In this document: piece by piece, positions 9,758-20,242 of the stretch | How positions within the stretch are numbered: the first letter of the stretch is position 1 | Layout of the letters: each line of letters opens with the position of its first letter | Program-made: the position numbers and the translations under genes | The notes under the pieces: generated by a model | Database searches by the model: none | Told to the model about the DNA's origin: nothing | The model's input: only the letters and a program-made list of their open reading frames with translations | Virus record (IMG/VR): IMGVR_UViG_3300025133_000094 | Location: 1,182 to 65,181 of that record | Strand: one strand, 5' to 3' | DNA length: 64,000 nt | Source: a virus | Lineage: Duplodnaviria > Caudoviricetes

Positions 9758-10430
9758 TGTAATAGCTAGTGAGGTATTTAAGTGCGGTATGGTTCCTGTT
9801 CTCCTTTCTTTCGCTGGGTCTTTAAAGAAGGAAGCGGAGTCAAGGGGTTATGGAAAGACTGATAATCCAGAGAAGTACCGTGAGTACTGTCAAGAACAAG
9901 GGGCTTTAATGAGATCACATAACCCAGACCATTGGGTTGATCTCTTAGCTAATGAGGTATCTAATGAGACGGATAAAGAAGCCACGTCTCTAGATGCCGG
10001 TAATAAGTTTTGGGAGAGGTGTATAATAATTGATGATTGCAGGTACAGTAATGAAATAGGATATGGAGTTAAGAATAACTCTATACTTTTATTCCTGTCA
10101 CCTGGAAAAAGATCGCTGCCCGCTGCTACTTGGCGGGCTCATGAAAGTGAGGAGTTAGCTCATGCTATAGAATGCAATGAAGAAAACTTACAGGATTTAT
10201 TTCATCATATTATTTATAATGATAAGGATGAAAAGTCATTACGAAAGCGAGTAAAGACTTTAATTCCTATATGGTGTGGGCTTACTGCATGTACAGATTT
10301 AAAGAACGATAGCTGTACATGTGCTGTGTGTACTGCTAGAAGAGAAGGAACTTTTCCTAGTACTGGTGAAATTATAACAGATCTTATGGATTTGATGGGA
10401 GAAGATTGGAGTGATGATGAAGAAACCTAA
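9702..10430 (+). CDS. Deoxynucleoside monophosphate kinase-like P-loop kinase
   Basis: GKAGAGKTT, SFAGSLK, IIDDCRYSNE, HESE. Confidence 0.85.
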   Translation: MQMILIAGKAGAGKTTLANVIASEVFKCGMVPVLLSFAGSLKKEAESRGYGKTDNPEKYREYCQEQGALMRSHNPDHWVDLLANEVSNETDKEATSLDAGNKFWERCIIIDDCRYSNEIGYGVKNNSILLFLSPGKRSLPAATWRAHESEELAHAIECNEENLQDLFHHIIYNDKDEKSLRKRVKTLIPIWCGLTACTDLKNDSCTCAVCTARREGTFPSTGEIITDLMDLMGEDWSDDEET

Positions 10431-11154
10431 TAAAGCTATGATTGATGGGGATATTATAGCGTGGAAAGTTGCATTTGTTGCTGATATAGAGGGTGTTATG
10501 TCTATAGGTAGTCTTATAACAGGACTATTAAATAAATGGACACCTGATTGTTGTGATGGTACGGTTATAGCACTAAGCTGTCCTAAGTCTGATAACTTTA
10601 GACGGGATGTGTATCCCGGCTATAAAGAAAATAGAGAAGATGCGTATAAACCTGAGTTTCTTAAGGATGTCTTTGACTTCTTAATAGAAGAGTATGATTA
10701 TATGATTCTTCCTAAGTTAGAAGCTGATGATATATTGGGTATATATGCTAGTAACGGCGATGCTATTGCTGTTACTATAGATAAGGATCTTAAGGGTGTG
10801 CCAGGCTGGCATTACAATCCCGATAAGGATGATGAACCAGTGCTTATCTCTGATGACGACGCAGAGAGGTGGTTCTGTACTCAGTGGATGGCTGGTGATT
10901 CTACTGATGGTCTCCCTGGTTTATGGCGTATAGGTAGAAAGAGGGCAGAGAAATTACTTGACGAGTGGAATGTTGAGGAGTGGCACTCTAATATTATTGC
11001 GCTCTATACAGACGGTAAACATGTACCGGAAAATAAACATGGCGTTGATGACCTTTGTACAGCTATGGGTCAGTGCGTTAGGATATTATCACATGATGAT
11101 TATGATAAAGAGACCGACACTATAAGATTATGGACCCCTAAAGATGGGTTATAA
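10411..11154 (+). CDS. 5'-3' exonuclease (T7 gp6-like)
   Basis: IDGDII, NFR..YK.NR, LEADD, DKDL, GDSTDGLPG. Confidence 0.95.
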   Translation: MMMKKPNKAMIDGDIIAWKVAFVADIEGVMSIGSLITGLLNKWTPDCCDGTVIALSCPKSDNFRRDVYPGYKENREDAYKPEFLKDVFDFLIEEYDYMILPKLEADDILGIYASNGDAIAVTIDKDLKGVPGWHYNPDKDDEPVLISDDDAERWFCTQWMAGDSTDGLPGLWRIGRKRAEKLLDEWNVEEWHSNIIALYTDGKHVPENKHGVDDLCTAMGQCVRILSHDDYDKETDTIRLWTPKDGL

Positions 11155-11166
11155 GAACAAGGAGTA

Positions 11167-13074
11167 TTGATGGATCAGTTTCAAAAGTTCGTGGTAACTA
11201 GAAGTTACTGTAAATGGGTGGAAAACCTGGGTAGGAGAGAGTCTTGGGAAGAATGTGTAGATCGTTATTACAACTACTTCGCAAGCCGTTTTCCTGTGAT
11301 ACAAGGCGACGTTTGGGAAGAAATTCGACAGTCCACCGTGGACCTAGATGTCTTCCCATCTATGAGAGCACTCATGACCGCCGGAGCTGCGGCAGAGGTA
11401 GACGATACGTGCCTATACAACTGCTCTTACCTTCCAATAAATACAATAAGAAGTTTTTCTGATATACTATATATTCTGTGCTGCGGTACAGGTGTAGGCT
11501 TCTCTTGTGAATCAAAAGAAATAGAATTATTACCCGTTGTTCCTTCTATTATCAGGAACGATACGGTAGTTATAACAGTAAAAGACTCTAGGCGGGGATG
11601 GGCTGACGCATTCAAGGCTTTGATTTCTACACTATATGGTGGATTCCATCCGACTTGGGATGTATCTCAAGTTCGCCCCAAGGGTGCTAGATTAAAGACG
11701 TTTGGTGGACAAGCATCAGGACCAGAACCACTTGAAAGATTATTCAAGTATGTGGTCAATTTGTTTTACTCTGCTGAAGGACGTAAGCTTACCCCCCTAG
11801 AGGTACATGATATAGTCTGCATGACAGGTGAGATTGTGATAGCTGGTGGCGTTAGGCGATCAGCTCTAATCTCTTTATCAGATCTCGATGATAGATCTAT
11901 GGCTAAGGCTAAGTCAGGTCCTTGGTGGGAGCAAGAGAAACAAAGAGCACTGGCTAATAACTCAGCCGTTTATACTAGCAAGCCTACGTTAGAGAGGTTC
12001 TTAGAAGAGTGGACTACTCTTTATGAGTCACACTCAGGTGAGCGTGGTATATGTAATCGAGAAGCTATGAATAATATAGCCGAGATGGCTGGTAGAACAA
12101 CTTGTGAATGGGGTACTAACCCCTGTAGTGAGATTATATTAAGACCTAAACAATTCTGTAATTTATCAGAGGTTGTTGTTAGACCCTATGATAATAGGGC
12201 TACCCTTAGAATTAAAGTTAAACAAGCTGCTATACTTGGAACTATCCAATCAGCTTGTACAAAGTTTAACTACTTGGATTCCGAATGGAAACAAAATTGC
12301 GAAGACGAGTGTCTTCTCGGTGTTTCCTTTACTGGTGTGTTTGATAATAAATTTATGTGTACGCTCGGTGAAGAATTAAACGAAACACTTGCCGAACTTA
12401 AGGCTGTAGTTAAATCAACTAATGAAGAATGGGCTGAGAAGCTAGGAATTAATCCTTCTAAATCAGTAACTTGTTGTAAGCCATCTGGCACAACATCTTG
12501 TGTGGCTAATACATCGTCTGGTCTGCATCCTAGATACTCTACTTATTATATACGAAGAGTACGGATAGATACACAGAATCCACTCTGTCAATTTATGATT
12601 GACTCTGGTATTTCTAACGAACCTTGTGCTAATAATCCTAATCATACTACTATATTCTCTTTCCCTTCTAAGGCTCCTTACGAGTCAACTACTTATGAAG
12701 ATTATGATCCAATAAATCACCTTAATCTATGGCTTACATATCAGAAACATTGGTGTGAGCATAAGCCTAGTATTACTGTAGATTATACAGACAGTAACTT
12801 TCTAGGTGTGGGTCAGTGGGTATGGGATAACTGGGATTGGGTATCAGGCATAGCTTTTATGCCTAAGGTACATTGTCACGGAGATCAGTTACCGTTTGAA
12901 GAAATTCAAGAAGAATTGTATATGGAATTAATGGAGGAAATGCCAACCAGTATAGATTGGGCATTACTCAAAGAATATGAACAAGAAGATAATACCATAA
13001 GCTCACAATCAATGGCTTGTGTAGGCGGGTCTTGTGAAGTCATGGATATTATAGGAGAAACTAATGAGAAGTGA
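11167..13074 (+). CDS. nrdJ: Class II (adenosylcobalamin-dependent) ribonucleotide reductase
   Basis: PSMR, YNCSY, GTGVGF, RRSA, TNPCSEI, KPSGT, C-terminal CVGGSC; no adjacent beta subunit. Confidence 0.95.
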   Translation: MMDQFQKFVVTRSYCKWVENLGRRESWEECVDRYYNYFASRFPVIQGDVWEEIRQSTVDLDVFPSMRALMTAGAAAEVDDTCLYNCSYLPINTIRSFSDILYILCCGTGVGFSCESKEIELLPVVPSIIRNDTVVITVKDSRRGWADAFKALISTLYGGFHPTWDVSQVRPKGARLKTFGGQASGPEPLERLFKYVVNLFYSAEGRKLTPLEVHDIVCMTGEIVIAGGVRRSALISLSDLDDRSMAKAKSGPWWEQEKQRALANNSAVYTSKPTLERFLEEWTTLYESHSGERGICNREAMNNIAEMAGRTTCEWGTNPCSEIILRPKQFCNLSEVVVRPYDNRATLRIKVKQAAILGTIQSACTKFNYLDSEWKQNCEDECLLGVSFTGVFDNKFMCTLGEELNETLAELKAVVKSTNEEWAEKLGINPSKSVTCCKPSGTTSCVANTSSGLHPRYSTYYIRRVRIDTQNPLCQFMIDSGISNEPCANNPNHTTIFSFPSKAPYESTTYEDYDPINHLNLWLTYQKHWCEHKPSITVDYTDSNFLGVGQWVWDNWDWVSGIAFMPKVHCHGDQLPFEEIQEELYMELMEEMPTSIDWALLKEYEQEDNTISSQSMACVGGSCEVMDIIGETNEK

Positions 13075-13264
13075 ACAAATGAGAGCTAGTTATGCTAGGG
13101 TAGAACACAATGGTGCTGTTACTCCTGCTGATTACTTATTACTCGTAAAAGATTTTGATAACAGGATAACAGAACTGGAGAATACTATTGAAGAATTGGC
13201 AAAGTCTTCCTGTAATAGAGGAAAAACTACTAAAGTTTCTAAACGAAAAATTCCCTCCACTTGA
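13064..13264 (+). CDS. Hypothetical coiled-coil protein
   Basis: GGAG RBS, 66 aa. Confidence 0.6.
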   Translation: MRSEQMRASYARVEHNGAVTPADYLLLVKDFDNRITELENTIEELAKSSCNRGKTTKVSKRKIPST

Positions 13265-13385
13265 ATATAATGAGGGTGATAGTATAACTGATTTTAATTC
13301 AGCCGCTATTTTTAGATCAGGTCAAAGAGATATCATAAAGAGAATGAGTCTTATACTAGAACAACAAACAAAACAAAGGAGATAA
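13188..13385 (+). CDS. Hypothetical protein (gp6.5-like position)
   Basis: GGAG then TTG; LxxxFP...G.R.II pattern reminiscent of small T7-like proteins before the virion genes. Confidence 0.6.
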   Translation: MKNWQSLPVIEEKLLKFLNEKFPPLEYNEGDSITDFNSAAIFRSGQRDIIKRMSLILEQQTKQRR

Positions 13386-13389
13386 TCAC

Positions 13390-14139
13390 ATGGGTATGGA
13401 AGAGATGATGGCAGGTATGGATCCAGCAGCCATGATGGGTGCTATGGGTGGCGGTGCTCCTCCTATGGGTGGTGCTCCTCCTATGGGTGGTGGAATGCCT
13501 CCTATGGCGGAAGCAGAAGAAGCCGGTCGAGGCGGAGATACAATCTTAGCTCATCTTACTCCAGGAGAAGTCATTATTCCAGGAGAAGTAGCCATGGAAA
13601 TATCTGACATACTTATAGAATTTTTAGGTGAAGAAGGGTTAGCTTCACATACCGTGGGAGATCCTACCAACTCTATTAATCCAGAGACAGGCTATCCTGA
13701 GTTTGGATGGCTGAGTAATATGTGGAATAAAGCTGTTGGCTGGGCTACAGGAGCTAGAGCTGCAGCTCGCAGGCAAAGAGAGGAAGAGGCTCGTTTAGCA
13801 CTAGAACAAAAGAGAAAGACAGAAGCATTTAGAATCTTTCGAGAAAAAGAAAATAAAAAGGCTAGGCTTGTTCAAGCAGCCTCTTCTAGGTTAGGTAGGC
13901 GAAAAGAACAAATACTATCGGATAGAAAGCAGGCCTTTTCCCAAGCTCAACAAAGATCCGCGGATACTTCTGCTAATATATCAAGAGTTATATCTGAACG
14001 TGGTGGCATGGGGGATATCAAAGGTGGCGGCAGTACTCGCATAAGTAGTACTAGGTCAGGATATAGAGGTTCTCCTAAACCTGCAGGTTTATCTCTTGCT
14101 TTACGAGCAGGCTCTGGTCTAAGAAGTAGGCCAGCATGA
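13390..14139 (+). CDS. Putative virion or ejected protein
   Basis: Gly/Met/Pro low-complexity N-terminus, GDTILAHLTPGEVIIP...INPETGYPEF domain, basic helical C-terminus. Confidence 0.7.
   Translation: MGMEEMMAGMDPAAMMGAMGGGAPPMGGAPPMGGGMPPMAEAEEAGRGGDTILAHLTPGEVIIPGEVAMEISDILIEFLGEEGLASHTVGDPTNSINPETGYPEFGWLSNMWNKAVGWATGARAAARRQREEEARLALEQKRKTEAFRIFREKENKKARLVQAASSRLGRRKEQILSDRKQAFSQAQQRSADTSANISRVISERGGMGDIKGGGSTRISSTRSGYRGSPKPAGLSLALRAGSGLRSRPA
13444..13506 (+). repeat. Coding tandem repeat, 3 imperfect copies of MGG(G)APP
   Basis: ATGGGTGG...CCTCCT units visible in the sequence. Confidence 0.75.
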
Positions 14140-14507
14140 GGAGTATAATGACAATATATCGTTTTAGTAGAGGTGGCGGAGGCGGAGGAACACAGCTTCC
14201 TTCACTAGCCGAGAGAAAAGAAGAATTTATGTGGCAACAGAGCCAAGCTAGAGAAGATCAACGCTTCGCTCGTCAAATGGCTATGGACGAAAGAGAATGG
14301 TCTGAGGGTATAGCTGAAAGAAAAGCCCTTAGAGAACAAAAGGAAGAAGCAGCTAGACTAGCGTCTTTGCAAGTTGAACAAGAAGAAGTAGCAGATGAAG
14401 CGGAAGCCCAGGGTGGAGCTGTAGGTGAGGATATAGATCAAATATACAGCGGTAGTAATATGTGGGCTAATCTTATTAGCGGCGCTGGTTCAGGTCCAAG
14501 TATCTAA
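14136..14507 (+). CDS. Putative small virion protein (gp6.7/7.3 position)
   Basis: Poly-Gly N-terminus, helical, directly before the portal. Confidence 0.6.
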   Translation: MRSIMTIYRFSRGGGGGGTQLPSLAERKEEFMWQQSQAREDQRFARQMAMDEREWSEGIAERKALREQKEEAARLASLQVEQEEVADEAEAQGGAVGEDIDQIYSGSNMWANLISGAGSGPSI

Positions 14508-16090
14508 TGGAAATAAGTCATCGCTTTAAAAAGCTAGATGCTTTACGCACATCTAAGTTAGAACGATCTAGGTATTTCGCCGCCTTATCAGTACCAACAC
14601 TATTACCGCCAGAAGGGTGGACCGAACAAGAAGCACTGCCTCAGCCTTTTAGTTCAGTTGCAACTAAAGGTGTAACATCGATGGCGAGTAGGATGCTTAG
14701 CGCATTGCTACCGCTTAATGATATGCCCTTCTTTAAGTTTGAATTAGAGACAGGTGTTGAGCCTGATGCTGATATTTATTCTTATTTGGATGCTTTAAGT
14801 TATCAGGTGTTTAATAAACTATCATCAGCTAACTTAAGAGAAACTATATACCAAGCATTACAACACCTTATAGTAGTGGGTGATATATTAGTTGTGATGG
14901 ATGATGATTTTAATTTTAGATTAATTCGACTTGATAGGTATGTTTGTAGGCGTGATGTTTATGGACAGATAGATGAACTTATCTTTATAGAGTATCAATC
15001 TATACCTGAAGAAGAAGACGACCCCACTACTGCTGACTCTTATATGACTGATAGTTCTGAGAAGAAGGGATATAAAAAAATCTATGTTCGTAGTACTCGT
15101 AATGAAGATGGTACATGGGACATAGAAAAACAAGATGAAGAAGGAAAGATTATAGATAGCGGTGTATATAAGGTACTGCCTTATATAGCCCTAAGATGGT
15201 CTAGTGTTGCTGGCGAAAACTATGGTCGTTCCCATATTGAAGATAATATTGGCGACATTAAAGCACTTGAGGCTTTCACTGAAGGATTAATATACGGTGT
15301 AACGGCTTCCTCTTTATTCTGGATGGCTGTTGATCCTGCTGGTATGACTGAGTTAGATGATATAACCTCTGTTCCTACTGGAGCGTGGGTTCCAGCCAGA
15401 CAAGGAGAAGTGTTTACTATATCTCCAGCCGAAACTATGTCTCCTCAGATACAAGCAACTCAACAAGGTGTTAACATATTAAGACAAGAGCTAGGTAAGG
15501 CATTCCTTATGGACTCAGCTAGTATGCCACAAGGTGATCGCGTTACAGCAACAGCTGTACGTATGATTGGACAAGAACTAGAGCATGTATTAGGCGGAGC
15601 TTTCTCTTCGATTGCTAGGGAGCTAATGCGACCTATAGTTCAAAGAGCAATGTTCTTAATGATTGCTGACGGTGCTATAGATGAGCGCTTAAAAGAGATG
15701 TTCGAAAAAGATGGGCTATTAGATATAGAAATAGTAACGGGCTTACAAGCATTGAGTAGAGATTCAGATCTCCAGAAGCTAATGCAGATGGGAGAGATGG
15801 TGAGGAACTTACCAGAACAAGCTATGGCTATGTTCAAATGGGACTCTTATGGTAAGGCTCTTATAACAGCTCTAGGCTTTGCTCCTGATACATGGATTAA
15901 GAGTGAGGATCAGGTTAAAGAAGAACAAATGGCTATGCAACAGCAGCAAGGTGCTATACAAGGGCAGCAACAAGCTCAGGCTGGTGTTAACCAAGCTCTA
16001 ACTCAGGGTGTTTCTGAGTTAGCTATGCAAGATATACAAGAAACGGGTGGTCAGGGAATTCAACAAATGATGGAACAAGGAGTAAGTTAA
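14507..16090 (+). CDS. Portal / head-tail connector (T7 gp8-like)
   Basis: LP...PFFK, GENYGRS, RVTATAVR...ELE..LGG.FS, VTGLQALSR. Confidence 0.97.
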   Translation: MEISHRFKKLDALRTSKLERSRYFAALSVPTLLPPEGWTEQEALPQPFSSVATKGVTSMASRMLSALLPLNDMPFFKFELETGVEPDADIYSYLDALSYQVFNKLSSANLRETIYQALQHLIVVGDILVVMDDDFNFRLIRLDRYVCRRDVYGQIDELIFIEYQSIPEEEDDPTTADSYMTDSSEKKGYKKIYVRSTRNEDGTWDIEKQDEEGKIIDSGVYKVLPYIALRWSSVAGENYGRSHIEDNIGDIKALEAFTEGLIYGVTASSLFWMAVDPAGMTELDDITSVPTGAWVPARQGEVFTISPAETMSPQIQATQQGVNILRQELGKAFLMDSASMPQGDRVTATAVRMIGQELEHVLGGAFSSIARELMRPIVQRAMFLMIADGAIDERLKEMFEKDGLLDIEIVTGLQALSRDSDLQKLMQMGEMVRNLPEQAMAMFKWDSYGKALITALGFAPDTWIKSEDQVKEEQMAMQQQQGAIQGQQQAQAGVNQALTQGVSELAMQDIQETGGQGIQQMMEQGVS

Positions 16091-16091
16091 T

Positions 16092-17360
16092 ATGGCTAAA
16101 CAAAGTGCAACGGAGTCTTTTGCTAGTGCAACCGTTAATGGCAGGAGAGTAAAGACAACAGCTGAGTCTGCATCAGTTACACTTTCTACGACGACCGATA
16201 GTATAACCCATGTCGGCATTAATACGGCTACCGATAATATCTTTAAAGATATTGTAATAGGTGTAGATCCCGTGACTCTATATACTAATGGAACAGCGGC
16301 GGTTGGAGGGGTATGTACATTTACATTTGATGCTACGGCTAGTACAACAAGTGGAACTCCTAATGGTAAGTATATTACTCTTACTTCTGCTGATGGAGAG
16401 ACTCGTACTTATACTATAAAAGATAATCTTAAGGCAACTTGTGTAGATGGTCTTAGTTTAGCTGGCGTTAATGGAAGTTCAGTTAATGAAGGATGTAACT
16501 TTACAAACCTTACTACTGCTGCTGGCTGTGAAGCTGGAACAACAACTATACTTTTGGATGAAGATCAGACAGTGGGTACTGTAGATGCTGCCGCTAATCA
16601 AATCTGTATTGGTGTTAGTGGCGTGGCTAGTGATGCCTTACTAACTGACTTAATTATAAAAGCTATTAATGGAACTACCGATTCAAGGATTGCTTTTGCA
16701 ACCTCGGGTAACGGGACAACAGGAGTTACTGGTATTACTGCAACTGAAGGAAGCTCTGCTACCCAGATTACTCTTACTATGGATCAAAGAGGTACAGCTG
16801 GTAACATTGCCACTGTACTGACAGAGATAGCTGGTGGCGCTGATATGGTAGCGGTTGTAGGATTTACAGGAGGCTCGGGTACTGACGGAGGAACTGTTAG
16901 TAAGAACGAATTTGAGCCAGGTACTACTGCTTCATTAACAGCTTCAAATTTATTAGCTGCTATTGAAGATACTACACATGGACATAAGGATACAAGATTT
17001 ACAGTCGCGTTAGGACCGGGTGCAGGGGTAATAAGTATTACTCAGGTAACTACAGGTACTGCAGGAAACACCGCAATCGCTACTGACTTTAATGACATTT
17101 GTTCAGTTAACCCTCCTTCTTATTTTCTTAACGGAGCTGCTGCTATTCGTCCAAACTTAACGATGCAGTTTTCTCATAACGGAACTGACTGGACTAAGGG
17201 AGTTATACTATCTGATGATGTAGAATTGGATACTGGTGCTGTTTATTTAACACATTACGATTTCTCAAGTTATTCTGCGCCCTATGCTCGAATAGTTATT
17301 AATGAAAATAACGCAGTGATAGGTACATCAGGTACTCATCAAGCCTTTTACGCTTATTAA
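16092..17360 (+). CDS. Thr/Gly-rich beta-structured virion protein (head fibre or decoration candidate)
   Basis: 422 aa; repeated ITLT..GTAGN..I segments; position in the head module. Confidence 0.6.
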   Translation: MAKQSATESFASATVNGRRVKTTAESASVTLSTTTDSITHVGINTATDNIFKDIVIGVDPVTLYTNGTAAVGGVCTFTFDATASTTSGTPNGKYITLTSADGETRTYTIKDNLKATCVDGLSLAGVNGSSVNEGCNFTNLTTAAGCEAGTTTILLDEDQTVGTVDAAANQICIGVSGVASDALLTDLIIKAINGTTDSRIAFATSGNGTTGVTGITATEGSSATQITLTMDQRGTAGNIATVLTEIAGGADMVAVVGFTGGSGTDGGTVSKNEFEPGTTASLTASNLLAAIEDTTHGHKDTRFTVALGPGAGVISITQVTTGTAGNTAIATDFNDICSVNPPSYFLNGAAAIRPNLTMQFSHNGTDWTKGVILSDDVELDTGAVYLTHYDFSSYSAPYARIVINENNAVIGTSGTHQAFYAY

Positions 17361-17362
17361 AT

Positions 17363-18979
17363 ATGAGTACAGATAAAGATATATGTGAGGGCGTAAGTAC
17401 TACTCTTCAAGCGACCCAATCAACAAGGGGGTGGAGTGATGATTCTGATGCAAATTACGGAGGATATACTTCTTTAAAAATTGGCTGGGCAACTACTAGT
17501 GGCGGTACTTTCGGTAATGCTTGGATTGAGTTTGATGTTTCACAATTCGAGAAGAACGTTCAGAATAATGAAGTTGTTGAGGCTGAGTTGCTTCTTACAG
17601 TAATGACTGAATGGGGCAGCACTGCACAAGAAGAACTAACTTTAGCACGATGTACGCAAGCGTTTGTTGAATCGGAAGCCACTTGGGATGAGTACGCTGA
17701 TGGCGAGAGTTGGGATACTCCGGGCGGTGATTATTCTACGACAGAAGCTGTGTACACATCGATGACAGTCGGGGATGAGTCGGGCGATCAGAGGGTAGAT
17801 ATCAAAGAACTGGTTGTTGATGCAATTGAAAACCGAGACGGTATATTACGGATAATGATCTTTATGGCAGAGTCGCCAGGATATGCAGCTATTGCAAACT
17901 ATGGTTCTGAAGACCACTCATCAAAATTTCCTACCTTGACTGTTACTACTGTCGCACAAAAAACTACTATAGGTCTTCGATCGAATAATTCATTTACTCT
18001 GGATATAATAGGCGGAGATGATTTAACAACTACAAACTGTATCCTCAGAGAGAATAAAACTACTTTACTTGGACGAGGATCTCGCGCTTACATTCAAGAG
18101 GTGCGTGATAACATGGTAACTTATAGAAATCTTAGTCCTCCTCCCCATTATCAGGATGAGTGGGCTTTTAATAAAAAAAATCTATGGACTCCTGCTGAAC
18201 TAGAAGGTCTAGAGACATGGTTCAGCCCTGAGTCTTTCTATCACGATGTAGATGACGATCTAGTATGTACTAAGCTGCAGAATAGATCGACTATTGCCGA
18301 CGCTGGTGCGGGTGCGACAGGAGGAACAACAGCCTCTTTTACGGAAACTTACCGTGGTTTAAATGGGTTAGCATTTAGCTACAACTCTTCGCTACCAGAA
18401 CTGGCTCCTTATTATAAGGTAAGAGATGAGACAGACTGGAACGTAGGAACCAGTAATTGGTTCTGCTGTATCTTATTGCAAGGACCTACAACTGATTCAG
18501 ATGAAATTGAATATATATTAAGTAAAGAAAATGCCTTCTATTTGAGCCATGACTGGACCTCAACTAATAAGGACGTGACGTTTGGTTATGGCTCGGGGTT
18601 AACTGCGGGCTCTCTTACAGAAGGAGGAGGGGCACAGACGGCGGATTATCTTATATGTTCCTTTGGAAGAAAGGGTGGTTATATGTTTCTTCGAGGTCTT
18701 ACCGACCTTCGTGAAGACGAAGCAGTTTCTGATCGTGCTGTCACTGAAGATCTTGATGATCTTTCCGAGCCGTGGATTGGAAAGAAAGACAGCAGTACAG
18801 ACGGTGGGTTTAACGCAGATTTTGCAGAGCTTATTTTTGTAAACGATGCTATTGGCGATGGTGAAGTATCTGATCTTACTAATGTAAAAAGGACAGAGGG
18901 ATATCTCGCTCATAAATATAATTTAACTTTACCTTCAACACATGAATATTATGGGGAAGGTCCTAAAGTAGATGAATAA
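17363..18979 (+). CDS. Putative carbohydrate-binding virion protein (DNRLRE-like plus LamG-like domains)
   Basis: NYGG..SLKIG, IEFDVS, AELLL, ESEATW..W..PGGD, SED...PTL.V; C-terminal FAELIFVN...EGYLAHKY. Confidence 0.7.
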   Translation: MSTDKDICEGVSTTLQATQSTRGWSDDSDANYGGYTSLKIGWATTSGGTFGNAWIEFDVSQFEKNVQNNEVVEAELLLTVMTEWGSTAQEELTLARCTQAFVESEATWDEYADGESWDTPGGDYSTTEAVYTSMTVGDESGDQRVDIKELVVDAIENRDGILRIMIFMAESPGYAAIANYGSEDHSSKFPTLTVTTVAQKTTIGLRSNNSFTLDIIGGDDLTTTNCILRENKTTLLGRGSRAYIQEVRDNMVTYRNLSPPPHYQDEWAFNKKNLWTPAELEGLETWFSPESFYHDVDDDLVCTKLQNRSTIADAGAGATGGTTASFTETYRGLNGLAFSYNSSLPELAPYYKVRDETDWNVGTSNWFCCILLQGPTTDSDEIEYILSKENAFYLSHDWTSTNKDVTFGYGSGLTAGSLTEGGGAQTADYLICSFGRKGGYMFLRGLTDLREDEAVSDRAVTEDLDDLSEPWIGKKDSSTDGGFNADFAELIFVNDAIGDGEVSDLTNVKRTEGYLAHKYNLTLPSTHEYYGEGPKVDE

Positions 18980-19012
18980 TAACTATATATTAACAAGAGT
19001 AGGAGGAGCGTA

Positions 19013-19246
19013 ATGACTGAAGATCCTTGGGGGACTCGCCATCCTGGCTCTAACGGATGGGATCAATATAAACGACTGGTTATTAACGAGCTAGAAAGAA
19101 CAAATCACAGATTGGATATGGTTGATAAAAGACTATCAAAAATAGAAAAGAATATAGTGATACTTCAAACTAAGGCAGCTACGTGGGCTGCAGGTATTGC
19201 TATGGTTATATCAGGGGGCGTAAGTCTCTTGATCAAAATCCTTTGA
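19013..19246 (+). CDS. Small coiled-coil protein with C-terminal TM helix (holin/XhlA-like candidate)
   Basis: AGGAGG RBS; heptad region followed by AATWAAGIAMVISGGVSLLI. Confidence 0.6.
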   Translation: MTEDPWGTRHPGSNGWDQYKRLVINELERTNHRLDMVDKRLSKIEKNIVILQTKAATWAAGIAMVISGGVSLLIKIL

Positions 19247-19266
19247 CTCTGGGGTACAGAATTATC
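19245..19266 (+). promoter_or_regulatory. Internal-loop hairpin in the scaffold leader
   Basis: GA-C-TCTG-GGGTA-CAGA-ATTA-TC just before the AAGGAG RBS; same layout as 20331-20353. Confidence 0.5.
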
Positions 19267-19282
19267 GTAAGGAGATAAATGA

Positions 19283-20242
19283 ATGGATGAACAAAAACAA
19301 GATTACCAGGAGATACCTGGAGCAACACAGTCTCAAGAGAGACTAATGGAATTGGAAAAGGAAAGTCTTACTATTCCTAAAGAACAAATAGATGCTCAAC
19401 GAGAGCGTGTAATGTTTGAGAAGTATGTACAAGACGGCGGCGAACCAATTCCACCTAACTTTAAAACAGCGGGTGATTGGTTTGATTCTCTTAAGGAAGC
19501 TCAAGGTAACTATACTAGAGGGCAGCAAGAGATTGCTTCTCTTAAGGAACAGTATGAAGAGGGCGGGGTTGTTAATCCTAATTATGATCCGGCTATTGAA
19601 AGACCGCAGCCTGAAGTAACTAGTGAACCAACAAAAGAATTCACTAGAGCAGAAGAGCTTAGGCTAGATCCAGCTAAAATTGAACCACCGGCTGAGGTAA
19701 CCCCTCCTAAACTAACAGAAGATATATGGAATAAATGGGCAGCTGAGCTAGCTGTATCAGGCGAGATGTCTGAATCTACTGTAAACGAAATAATGGATAC
19801 TACTGGCTTTCCTAAAGCTGTAGTTGATGACTTTATTACGGGACAAAAGGCTAAGCGTAGAGAATCTTTCTCTAAGGCTTCTGATATTGTCGGTAGTAAA
19901 GAACGGTTACAAGATATTTTTGAATGGGCGGAGACAACACTTAGCCTAGAACAACAACAACAAATTAACATGGGACTGTCTAGCCCCTCGTATGAAGTAA
20001 CATTACGGGGACTAGCGTCTATGTATAACGAAAGTTCGGCACAAGCTGCTAAAAACCAAGAGCCTACTCAGGTTCAAGGTTTACAGCAAGTGTCTGGATC
20101 TGAGTCAGGCTTTACTGCTTATAGGACTAAGCGTGAATTCACTGCAGACCGCAATAACCCTCGGTTTAAACTGGAGCCCCAGTTCCGACAGGCTGTGGAG
20201 CAGAGAATGCTGCGTACAGACTTTAACAGTTTGCCTGCATAA
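19283..20242 (+). CDS. Capsid scaffolding protein (T7 gp9-like)
   Basis: Acidic; WAETTLS; C-terminal NPRFKLEPQFRQAVEQR; directly before the capsid gene. Confidence 0.9.
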   Translation: MDEQKQDYQEIPGATQSQERLMELEKESLTIPKEQIDAQRERVMFEKYVQDGGEPIPPNFKTAGDWFDSLKEAQGNYTRGQQEIASLKEQYEEGGVVNPNYDPAIERPQPEVTSEPTKEFTRAEELRLDPAKIEPPAEVTPPKLTEDIWNKWAAELAVSGEMSESTVNEIMDTTGFPKAVVDDFITGQKAKRRESFSKASDIVGSKERLQDIFEWAETTLSLEQQQQINMGLSSPSYEVTLRGLASMYNESSAQAAKNQEPTQVQGLQQVSGSESGFTAYRTKREFTADRNNPRFKLEPQFRQAVEQRMLRTDFNSLPA

